Part shown: one piece after another, positions 35,256 through 42,800 of the stretch
Numbering within the stretch: the stretch's first letter is position 1
Layout of the letters: every line of letters begins with the position of its first letter
From: a virus
Lineage: Duplodnaviria > Caudoviricetes
Reading direction: 5' to 3' (one strand)
Virus record (IMG/VR): IMGVR_UViG_3300028413_000008
Coordinates: 1 to 42,800 of that record
Length of the DNA stretch: 42,800 nt
The notes under the pieces: generated by a model
What the model was told of the DNA's origin: nothing
The model's input: the letters and a program-made list of their open reading frames with translations, nothing else
Database searches by the model: none
Made by a program: the position numbers and the translations under genes

Positions 35256-35591
35256 ATGACTAAAAAAATAATCATTATACTAATCACATTATTCATTGCG
35301 GGATTCATCATCGGATTATCGACAGCTGAAGCCATGACACCAGAGCGCGAGCAGTTTCTTTGCTCAGTGGGAGTGTTCGAATGTTTCCCAATTGAGTCAA
35401 CCGACTACATCGAAGTAATGGAATCAATCGACGAACCGTTACAAGTGAAACGAGCACCAGCGCCAATGATTTCAGCGACATCAACTGAAGTTGCACTGAT
35501 TGAACAAAAGCACCGCGAGCAACTACTCGACATCATTGCGCAATTGACAGCACTACTCGAAATCCTCAAGAGTCAACAAAATGAAGTCTAA
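35256..35591 (+). CDS. Signal-peptide or membrane-anchored protein
   Basis: MTKKIIIILITLFIAGFIIGLSTAEA. Confidence 0.7.
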   Translation: MTKKIIIILITLFIAGFIIGLSTAEAMTPEREQFLCSVGVFECFPIESTDYIEVMESIDEPLQVKRAPAPMISATSTEVALIEQKHREQLLDIIAQLTALLEILKSQQNEV

Positions 35592-35985
35592 GTTTCGAGT
35601 CAATCAGCACATCGCTAAGGAAGTGACGAAGTTTCGGGTCGATCGGATGATCATGAGTTACCCAAGCCAGTATTCGACGCCAAAGTATATGACGTTTATG
35701 TGGAAGATGCTGGAGGCTGGTTGGGAGGTAAAAATTCACACGGTGAAAGACTCGAAGTATGTGTTTGTAGAAAAAGGCGACCTGATATTTAAAATTAGAT
35801 TCTCAAGCCACAAACCATCATTTCGACGACAACAAAAAAACGACTGCGATTTCTATGTCGGGATATCGCACAAACAGGTATTCACAACCGACGAGATTAT
35901 CAAAAAAATTAAAACTATTGAAAATGGAAATAAGAATAGAAATGACTCAAGCTCAAATAACGAAGCTGGAGTCGGGGAGGGTTGA
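35581..35985 (+). CDS. Hypothetical protein
   Basis: SKYV...KIRFSSHKP motif. Confidence 0.7.
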   Translation: MKSKFRVNQHIAKEVTKFRVDRMIMSYPSQYSTPKYMTFMWKMLEAGWEVKIHTVKDSKYVFVEKGDLIFKIRFSSHKPSFRRQQKNDCDFYVGISHKQVFTTDEIIKKIKTIENGNKNRNDSSSNNEAGVGEG

Positions 35986-36115
35986 GTTTGATTTACACAA
36001 CGAAGATGAAGGCCATTGTCACATTGTGGTGACTAAAAAAGAAACCGAGACTTGTTATGAAATAGACGAAAAAAGACCGCCATCATGCCCTACAAATTGC
36101 AGAATACACAGTTAA
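35924..36115 (+). CDS. Hypothetical protein
   Basis: Probable start MEIRIEM. Confidence 0.5.
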   Translation: MEIRIEMTQAQITKLESGRVEFDLHNEDEGHCHIVVTKKETETCYEIDEKRPPSCPTNCRIHS

Positions 36116-36116
36116 T

Positions 36117-36335
36117 ATGAAAACGTGTTACTGCTGCAAAATCAAAAAAAATATTTCTGAGTTTGGTAACCAAAAGCAAAAGAAGGATGGGTTACAGAGC
36201 AACTGCAAACATTGCACAAATTTAAAACTCCGAGATAAAAGAAAAGGAACTGGACCAACTAAAGGAAGTTATCTGTGGCACCTACAGCAATCAGGGATGA
36301 CAGATTATTACAAGCGATATACAACTAATTCATGA
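36117..36335 (+). CDS. Zinc-ribbon protein resembling the N-terminal domain of HNH/endonuclease VII-type proteins
   Basis: KTCYCCK.KK..SEF......KDGL...CKHC. Confidence 0.65.
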   Translation: MKTCYCCKIKKNISEFGNQKQKKDGLQSNCKHCTNLKLRDKRKGTGPTKGSYLWHLQQSGMTDYYKRYTTNS

Positions 36336-36550
36336 ATCAAAAAAAATGGCCAGATGTAATTCCTTATCCAAATTGGTCAAATAGTCAATTATCAGTAGTA
36401 AGACACTACGGATCTTGTCAATTAAACAACGAGCGATATATTCTGGATTTCGATAACTGCGAGAAAAAAGAAGTTGACGGAGTTGAAAAATATTTTCCAG
36501 ATTTGATTTCGCCAAAAGAGCAGAAAAGACGAGGAATTAAACTAAAATAA
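36332..36550 (+). CDS. Hypothetical protein
   Basis: ATGA overlap. Confidence 0.65.
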   Translation: MNQKKWPDVIPYPNWSNSQLSVVRHYGSCQLNNERYILDFDNCEKKEVDGVEKYFPDLISPKEQKRRGIKLK

Positions 36551-36552
36551 CC

Positions 36553-36849
36553 ATGAACGAAATAATTAAAACAGAATACGACGAGCAAGTTGACTACGAA
36601 TTCCTTGAAGCGATGGGGATCAAAGTGGTGAAGTACCAGCCATGGCAACTAGGGCTGACATACCCAGACCTCACAGGAAAGTTTCTGTGGTACCCAAAGA
36701 AAGGGACACTTATGTTCGAAGGTGAGTACGCGATGGTAAAGATTGGTGAAACCGGGGACTATTGTGCCGGACAATCATGTCCAGATGCAGACGCGACCGA
36801 AAAAGTATATAATCAAATTATCAAAAAAGTAAACGAACAACAATCATGA
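36553..36849 (+). CDS. Hypothetical protein
   Basis: ORF packing; WYPKKGTL motif. Confidence 0.65.
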   Translation: MNEIIKTEYDEQVDYEFLEAMGIKVVKYQPWQLGLTYPDLTGKFLWYPKKGTLMFEGEYAMVKIGETGDYCAGQSCPDADATEKVYNQIIKKVNEQQS

Positions 36850-37089
36850 CACTAGCAATAGCAATATATCTTTTTGGAGTCGTACTGTTTATTTTATTTA
36901 AAGTAATCGTATGGCTACAAGAAGCCGAGTAATAGATGATATGAGTACCTGCACAGTATGTAAACGAGAAGGGCAACTGAGACTGGATTTAAGATCCACG
37001 GCTGCATACTGCGGTACACATTACATCATGATAAAAGCCGCCGAGAGCAGAATGAAGAGCGACTTGGAGGTATACGCAGCTACCAAATG

Positions 37090-37148
37090 ATATCCCCAGG
37101 GTTATGCACAAAATAGGTACTTGTGTCGACAGCGACATATAGTATACT
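37090..37148 (+). promoter_or_regulatory. Promoter P3 of the replication module with GACA-repeat operator and DnaA-box-like sites
   Basis: CGACAGCGACATA-3 nt-TATACT (37127-37148); TTATGCACA at 37102. Confidence 0.7.
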
Positions 37149-37234
37149 AGTCGAAGGTTTAGATTCCTCAAAACAATCAAAATCTGACGGCGTAAGACCG
37201 TTACAAATCAAAAAAATAACAATCAAACAATTAT

Positions 37235-37873
37235 ATGGGATTAGACAATCGAGAGACGGGGAACTACATTACTATTTTAGAAGGCAAGTTTTGCATTCGA
37301 GTACCGCAAGGGACTGAAGGAGCGACCGCCCGAGTTAACAAACTAGGTAACACTGTACATGAAAAATACTACAGCGAATTCACAGGGAAGTTGGTCGGGA
37401 TCAAAACCCAAGATTCGTCATATGGTAAGAACTGGATGTTTCAGTTCCAAGATAATGGAGAAATCTTTAATCTACAGTTATCGTATAGTAATTCTTTTGC
37501 GAAGAATATACTTAAAATGTTGCCGAACGTCGATTTAGACAAAGAGATGAAAGTGCAACCAGCACAAAAAATGGAGGATGGGAAAAAGAAATCATCACTA
37601 TTTATTTCTCAAGATGGGGTGACACTGAAGCACGCATACACGAGAGAGAACCCCAACGGACTTCCACCAATGACTCAAGTGACAATTAAAGGGGTGCAGC
37701 AATGGGACGACACCGACCAGGTTAACTGGCTATACGCTATGGTAATGGAGCACATTGTGCCAAAATTGCCAGAGAAGCAACCTGTAGCGCAAGCCACAGC
37801 AGCTGATCAAGCAATGGAGGTAGAAGAGCAAGTTGGAGGAAGTGACGAAGTCGCGGACGAAGACGACTACTAA
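37235..37873 (+). CDS. Putative single-stranded DNA-binding protein
   Basis: Beta-rich core, acidic tail (DEVADEDDY), first gene of the replication module. Confidence 0.55.
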   Translation: MGLDNRETGNYITILEGKFCIRVPQGTEGATARVNKLGNTVHEKYYSEFTGKLVGIKTQDSSYGKNWMFQFQDNGEIFNLQLSYSNSFAKNILKMLPNVDLDKEMKVQPAQKMEDGKKKSSLFISQDGVTLKHAYTRENPNGLPPMTQVTIKGVQQWDDTDQVNWLYAMVMEHIVPKLPEKQPVAQATAADQAMEVEEQVGGSDEVADEDDY

Positions 37874-37890
37874 TTAAATTCATATTTTAT

Positions 37891-38184
37891 ATGTCACCAG
37901 AACCACAAAACGACGATCAAAGGCTTGAAGAGGGGGTAACTACTCAATCAGAGCAGGGGGCTCCAGAAGAGACTCCAGAAGAGACTCCAGAAGAGACTCC
38001 AGAAGACGAGCAGACTCCAGCTGAATCAGTTGGATTGGCTCAATACCGCATCACAGGCATGGTTGACCAATTCGATGAGCAAGGAGTTATCCGTGGACAG
38101 TACGCAGCAGGGTCAATTCAGACGCTACCTGAAACTGTCGGAGATGCCGCAGTTGAAGCTGGGCAAGCAAGCAAGGTACAATAG
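37891..38184 (+). CDS. Acidic protein with PEET repeats
   Basis: 12-bp CTCCAGAAGAGA tandem repeat at 37961-38006. Confidence 0.7.
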   Translation: MSPEPQNDDQRLEEGVTTQSEQGAPEETPEETPEETPEDEQTPAESVGLAQYRITGMVDQFDEQGVIRGQYAAGSIQTLPETVGDAAVEAGQASKVQ

Positions 38185-38185
38185 A

Positions 38186-38436
38186 GGAACACTCATGAAA
38201 AACAATACTTCGACAACGACAATCCAGTCATACACACAACACAGAACGGATTTTCAGCAAAAAATGTTGCCTTGTCGAAGGGGCTTTCCATTTTAACTGA
38301 GAGTCCGTTTTGTTTTGTGTGTGTGACAATCAACTTTGATTAGTTGATCCCCGTTGAAATATTTTTAACTAATTGGTGTGGAGACTAATTAGCCATAAAA
38401 ATATTTCACGGAGATCAGTTCATCAGAACTAGTTCC
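38186..38436 (+). ncRNA. Large structured RNA / leader of the primase-helicase gene
   Basis: 31-bp stem with G-U pairs 38227-38257/38297-38327; second long hairpin 38345-38417; closing GGAAC/GTTCC. Confidence 0.6.
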
Positions 38437-38444
38437 AAACAATC

Positions 38445-40868
38445 ATGCCATTAAAAAACTATAAATTTCTAGATAGCTTTCCCGACCATGTATTTCGGTA
38501 CCTGGACCAAACGGGTGAAGGTCGACCGCCAGTATCATCTGACGTTCGTCGTGACGACCTCAATAAGAAAATGGGGTATGAATCCTATTTCACAGTAAAC
38601 GGATTCCAAGGATCACCTGATGCAAAAAAAGAAAGCTGTACGTCACTCAATGCTTTTTTTGTAGACATTGACGATCGGAAGGACGAAGCAGAGCTAGAGT
38701 TTATAAAAGACAAACTGTGCCCGACATTTATTCTTGAGACAGGTAACGGGTATCACTTGTACTGGGTACTTGACGAGCCAATTTACAAAGAAGAAGTAAC
38801 CGCTGAAGAATGGCAGTTGGCTATTGCGCGGTGGGAGAGGATCGAGCAATCGGTTGTAAAAATACTCAAGGGCGATCCCGTGGTAAAAGATCTGACTCGA
38901 ATTATGCGAATTCCAGGCACATACTACTGGAAAAAATCTGGCGATGCGTACAAGGGTGGGGTAAAAAACGCCCCGTTTAAAATCAAAGGGTTATTTAAAC
39001 AACCATCTGCAACTTACTCAATGGACCAAGTCGAAGAGGTATTCCCGACTGAAGCGCAGCAGCTAGTCGCACCATTCCCGGAGACAGCCCAGGGTGAAAA
39101 GATGCAGAAATATGCAGATGCGGAACGCAAAGGGTTTTTCGACATGGTCAACAAGGCGTACCCAATTGAGGATCGACCGTCATTTCAAAAACTAATTTCT
39201 GGTGAAGCTGGGACATTACCACCGAACATCGCGTCACGTAATATGGCGTTGCTGATTGTGGCGACACAAATGCGGCAAGCGGGCTGGAAAAAAAAGGATG
39301 CGCTTGAGCACATCATGAAAGTTGGCTGGCACGGTATCGAGTCTGAGCGCAGCGGGCCTCAAGAGATTGCGAACACTATCAACTCAGCTTTTGAAGGTGA
39401 TTACACATACTCGTACAAGAACGATGTGATTGCTTACAACATGAGCCCTGAAGAGCAGGTGAAGATCCAGATGGCATACACTGACGTTGCCAAAAAGAAA
39501 AAGGACACTGACAAAGTTCGGTTCAGTAACTACGAATACGAAATAGTGAGTCGGTACCCGCACCTCAAAAAGAATGAGATTGGGATCGTATTCAATTATT
39601 ACGATGGTGTATATAAAATGCTATCCGACCAAGATTTGTCGGGGATCGTGCTCAATATGCTGCATGAAGATATGTTGTGGGGGTATAGAACCAAACGAAA
39701 TGTGTCCGACAAAGTAGCGTGTCTCATTTCGATTATTCCCGACTTGGTACTAACTCCAGACAAGGGTGATTTCTTTAACGTGAAAAATGGACTACTACAA
39801 CTATCGACAGGTGAACTGAAAGAACACACTCCAGACTTTGTAACTCTGATCCAGTCGCCAGTGGTGTTTGATCCAGCGGCAACCGCTCCAACGTGGGCAA
39901 CGTGTGTGCAAGCGTGGATGGAAGGATCTGAAAGTGAAGAGAAGGCCAGGCTACTCCAGCAATTTGCGGGGTACTTACTGACGAGCTCAGTAGCATATGC
40001 AAAAGCCTTGTTTATTGTTGGTGATGGTGGAAATGGTAAATCAACTTTTATCGACACATTAGCGATGGTAATTGGTAAGCAAGCCACCTCTAACATTGAC
40101 CTCGAAGGGTTGTACGGCCAATACGGGATGAAAGGGTTGATCGGGAAGCGCCTCAACATTATTGAAGAGGTTAGCGGTAACTACTATCAATCACACAAAT
40201 TAAAGAAATTAGTAAGTGGTGAAGCAATGACTATTGATGTGAAGTTTAAAGATCAGCTCGATTTCCGACCTGAAGCCAAGTTTGTATTTTCAGTGAACAC
40301 TATGCCGCGAGTAGACGACTCATCGAATGCTACCGAAAGACGTATGGCAGTGGTGCAGTTTGGAAATAACTTCCGAGACAATCCAGATATGGATCTCAGG
40401 TTTGGTGAAGGAACCTTGGCAAAAGAATTGTCAGGAATTTTGAACTGGATGGTCGCTGGGTTCAAAGACTTACAGAAAGAACGAAGGTTTGTAACCACGA
40501 GAGAGCAAGAAATTTCATTGGCTGAATACCGAGAAGAAAACTCTTCAGTGGATGGATTCATTGCATCATGCCTCGACTTTGACGAGACGAAGGTTTCTAT
40601 GACCACCAAACTATATGGTGAGTATAAAGATTTCTGTATGCGCGACGGTCGGAAGTATAAGAGCAGCGTGGCATTTACCAAAGAACTCAAGGCGTATGGA
40701 AGACGTACTGGTAAATTCATCTACATCGAACGAACAAACGGTCACAATCCTGGTTTTTTCAAAGGGGTCGATGTGGCCAGTAGTTGGGCTGACGTTAACT
40801 TCGAAGACACCACCCCCCGAGTTGACCTGAACCGCGTGTCACATTATCCGCAAGATTTAGACTTCTAA
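38445..40868 (+). CDS. Primase (RepB/AEP-like) fused to D5/P4-type SF3 helicase
   Basis: FFVDID, TGNGYHLYW, RIMRIPG; FNVKNG (D5_N); Walker A GDGGNGKST; motif C VNTMP. Confidence 0.9.
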   Translation: MPLKNYKFLDSFPDHVFRYLDQTGEGRPPVSSDVRRDDLNKKMGYESYFTVNGFQGSPDAKKESCTSLNAFFVDIDDRKDEAELEFIKDKLCPTFILETGNGYHLYWVLDEPIYKEEVTAEEWQLAIARWERIEQSVVKILKGDPVVKDLTRIMRIPGTYYWKKSGDAYKGGVKNAPFKIKGLFKQPSATYSMDQVEEVFPTEAQQLVAPFPETAQGEKMQKYADAERKGFFDMVNKAYPIEDRPSFQKLISGEAGTLPPNIASRNMALLIVATQMRQAGWKKKDALEHIMKVGWHGIESERSGPQEIANTINSAFEGDYTYSYKNDVIAYNMSPEEQVKIQMAYTDVAKKKKDTDKVRFSNYEYEIVSRYPHLKKNEIGIVFNYYDGVYKMLSDQDLSGIVLNMLHEDMLWGYRTKRNVSDKVACLISIIPDLVLTPDKGDFFNVKNGLLQLSTGELKEHTPDFVTLIQSPVVFDPAATAPTWATCVQAWMEGSESEEKARLLQQFAGYLLTSSVAYAKALFIVGDGGNGKSTFIDTLAMVIGKQATSNIDLEGLYGQYGMKGLIGKRLNIIEEVSGNYYQSHKLKKLVSGEAMTIDVKFKDQLDFRPEAKFVFSVNTMPRVDDSSNATERRMAVVQFGNNFRDNPDMDLRFGEGTLAKELSGILNWMVAGFKDLQKERRFVTTREQEISLAEYREENSSVDGFIASCLDFDETKVSMTTKLYGEYKDFCMRDGRKYKSSVAFTKELKAYGRRTGKFIYIERTNGHNPGFFKGVDVASSWADVNFEDTTPRVDLNRVSHYPQDLDF

Positions 40869-40869
40869 T

Positions 40870-42201
40870 ATGGAATATCAAATTGATTACACAGTAATAG
40901 ATTGGCCTCAAAAATATCCGGGGATTAACTTCTACGATATACAGAAGGAAATTATTATTGAGAATAAACAGACAACAGGAGTGTTCCTCGGTACTGGAGT
41001 CGGTAAGACTTTGACGTGTCTGGTGCTTGGTGAAGGTCGTATATTGGTAGTGTGCCCAAAGCAGCAAAAACTTGATGAGACGTGGCAAAAGAACAACAAC
41101 AAATTCAACTTGGACCAAAATCTCACAGTTATGTCAAAAGAAGAGTTCCGCAGGGACTGGGATTCAATCGAAGGTTTCGATACTGTTATATTCGACGAAG
41201 CTCACAATATGCTAGGTGTATTGCCAGAAACCAGGCAACGGAATCGGATTCAGATACCAAAAGCGTCACAGATGTTTGAAGCAGCCTATCAGTACCTGCA
41301 AAAACACCCTCCTAAGCGATTTTACATGGCTACAGCTACTCCAAGCAGTAAACCAATGAATGCGTGGGCTATAGCGAAGCTACAGGGCAAAAACTGGGAC
41401 TTTTTTAAGTTCCGAGAGACGTTTTATTTCCGAACCATGATGGGTCGACGACAAGTGTGGCTACCTCGAAAAGATGAGGTGACCAGGCAGCGATTGGCGC
41501 TGGCGGTACAAAAAATGGGGTATACAGGCGGGCTGTCTGATTTTATGGATGTACCTGAGCAAACTCATATTGATGTAAAAATTGATTTGTCAGCTGAGCA
41601 AAAAAAAGCGATCAAAAAACTTAACGAAGAAGAAGCCGATCCGTTAGTGAAACGATCACGGATGCGCACGATCGAGAACGGGATTTTGTACGGAAAAGAA
41701 GTGGAAGCCGTATCAGAAAAAGAGGACAAGATGATTAAATCAACGACGTTTTTTAAGAACGGTAAAATTGACTACATCATCGAAAGGTCAGAAGAGTTCA
41801 AAAAGATATTTGTGTTTGCGGCTTACACCGCGCAAGTGGAAGCAATTCGAGAAGCGTTGATGAAAAGTAAATACCCGGCTGAGAAGATAAAAATAGTGAC
41901 TGGTCAAACAAAAGATCGGGGTACAGTGTTTGATGAGATGGAGAAAGCTGACTCAGGGATCATTATTGTAGCAGCACAGATTTGTGAAGGGTACCGAGTA
42001 CCGTCAGCCCCGTGTATGATTTTTGCGTCAAAAAGCAACCGCTACGTTCACTATGAGCAGGGAAAAGGAAGGATTCTTGATGGTCAACACCTCAAGAAAA
42101 ACCTCTACATCCACCTTGTCGTTCCAGAAGGGGCGGATGCTGATTGTCATAACTCGATTATGTCGGGCCAGGACTTTCAGGAAAAATTATCAGTATTATA
42201 A
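40870..42201 (+). CDS. SF2 (SNF2/DEAH-like) helicase
   Basis: GTGVGKT, FDEAH, ATATP and EQGKGRI motifs. Confidence 0.85.
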   Translation: MEYQIDYTVIDWPQKYPGINFYDIQKEIIIENKQTTGVFLGTGVGKTLTCLVLGEGRILVVCPKQQKLDETWQKNNNKFNLDQNLTVMSKEEFRRDWDSIEGFDTVIFDEAHNMLGVLPETRQRNRIQIPKASQMFEAAYQYLQKHPPKRFYMATATPSSKPMNAWAIAKLQGKNWDFFKFRETFYFRTMMGRRQVWLPRKDEVTRQRLALAVQKMGYTGGLSDFMDVPEQTHIDVKIDLSAEQKKAIKKLNEEEADPLVKRSRMRTIENGILYGKEVEAVSEKEDKMIKSTTFFKNGKIDYIIERSEEFKKIFVFAAYTAQVEAIREALMKSKYPAEKIKIVTGQTKDRGTVFDEMEKADSGIIIVAAQICEGYRVPSAPCMIFASKSNRYVHYEQGKGRILDGQHLKKNLYIHLVVPEGADADCHNSIMSGQDFQEKLSVL

Positions 42202-42397
42202 ATTAAATAGAATAATATGAAAAACCTAAAAGTGCGACTTAAACAAGATGGATTGATATGAAAAACTTATTAGAGCTACTGCTGACGCTTGTTGTAGCAG
42301 TCGGCATGTTTACAGGCTTATTCCTGTTTATAGCTGGTATTGCTCTAGCAGTAGCCTCCCCACTTATCTTAATAATCTGGTTAATTCTACAAGCGAT

Positions 42398-42580
42398 ATG
42401 AAAATAAAGTTTGAAAAACCATTAGCACAACAAAAAGCTGTAAGGTTATACAAAGAAGATGCCCAGCTTGTAGAAAAAATTGCTTTAGATGAAGGGATCG
42501 AACAAACAGGCGTTATTAGAGATTTAGTGCGAGCGGCATTAGAAGAATATAGAAAATGTAACCAGATAGTAAATAATTAG
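42398..42580 (+). CDS. Ribbon-helix-helix (CopG-like) DNA-binding protein
   Basis: KAVRLYKEDAQLVEKIA..EG...TGVIRDLVRAALEEY. Confidence 0.7.
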   Translation: MKIKFEKPLAQQKAVRLYKEDAQLVEKIALDEGIEQTGVIRDLVRAALEEYRKCNQIVNN

Positions 42581-42672
42581 TATGAAAAATAAACTAAAAC
42601 TTTTTAGGGGGTACATCAGAATGTTTTGGGGAGAATGTCCACAATCATTAGAGTAGTTAGATATTAAGATAT

Positions 42673-42800
42673 GACAACCCCACCAACCCCACCAACCCCA
42701 CCAACCCCACCAACCCCACCAACCCCACCAATCCCACCAACCATTGAACAAATAGAAAACCAAAACCAAAATATTTGGGCATGGACAATTCCGTCTAATT
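42673..42800. repeat. Terminal direct repeat / circular overlap, right copy (6x AACCCCACC)
   Basis: Matches 1-137 minus one 9-bp unit. Confidence 0.95.

Noticed and set aside
39599-41126. Long antisense ORFs in the helicase genes
   Set aside because: Shadows of well-supported genes with no motifs of their own
42539-42769. Trp/Gly-repeat minus-strand ORF
   Set aside because: Antisense reading of the 9-bp repeat, against the direction of all neighbouring genes
1-42800. Stop-codon reassignment, DGR/retron, or lysogeny module
   Set aside because: Core genes are intact in the standard code; no reverse transcriptase, integrase or CI-like repressor was recognised

Overview
The window is an essentially complete ~42.7 kb tailed-phage genome. 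It is circularly permuted: bases 1-137 repeat at 42673-42800, differing by one 9-bp repeat unit. It has two divergent arms. The minus-strand arm (28660->6425) is a podovirus-type morphogenesis module: TerS, TerL, portal, scaffold, capsid, collagen-like fibre, holin, GT2-TPR glycosyltransferase, adaptor/nozzle and putative ejection proteins. The plus-strand arm (29754->42800->6393) carries many small early genes, a beta-clamp-like protein, a putative SSB, a primase-D5 helicase, an SF2 helicase, a dual-peptidase lysin, RecU-like and PD-(D/E)XK nucleases, two RHH-like proteins and an unannotated tRNA(CAT). No integrase, DNA polymerase or RNA polymerase was recognised. Genes mostly lack Shine-Dalgarno sequences, but promoters are sigma70-like, which suggests a Patescibacteria/CPR-like host (inference only). 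The most notable items are: a candidate virion O-glycosylation system (GT2-TPR plus Thr-rich collagen fibre); a three-promoter regulon with a shared GACA-repeat operator and DnaA-box-like sites; a perfect 27-bp inverted repeat enclosing the first early gene; a ~250-nt structured, pseudoknot-capable RNA before the primase-helicase; a small-RNA/micro-peptide island with a 12-nt 16S-complementary motif; and an iteron-rich control region. All functional calls come from motif reading; no database searches were run.
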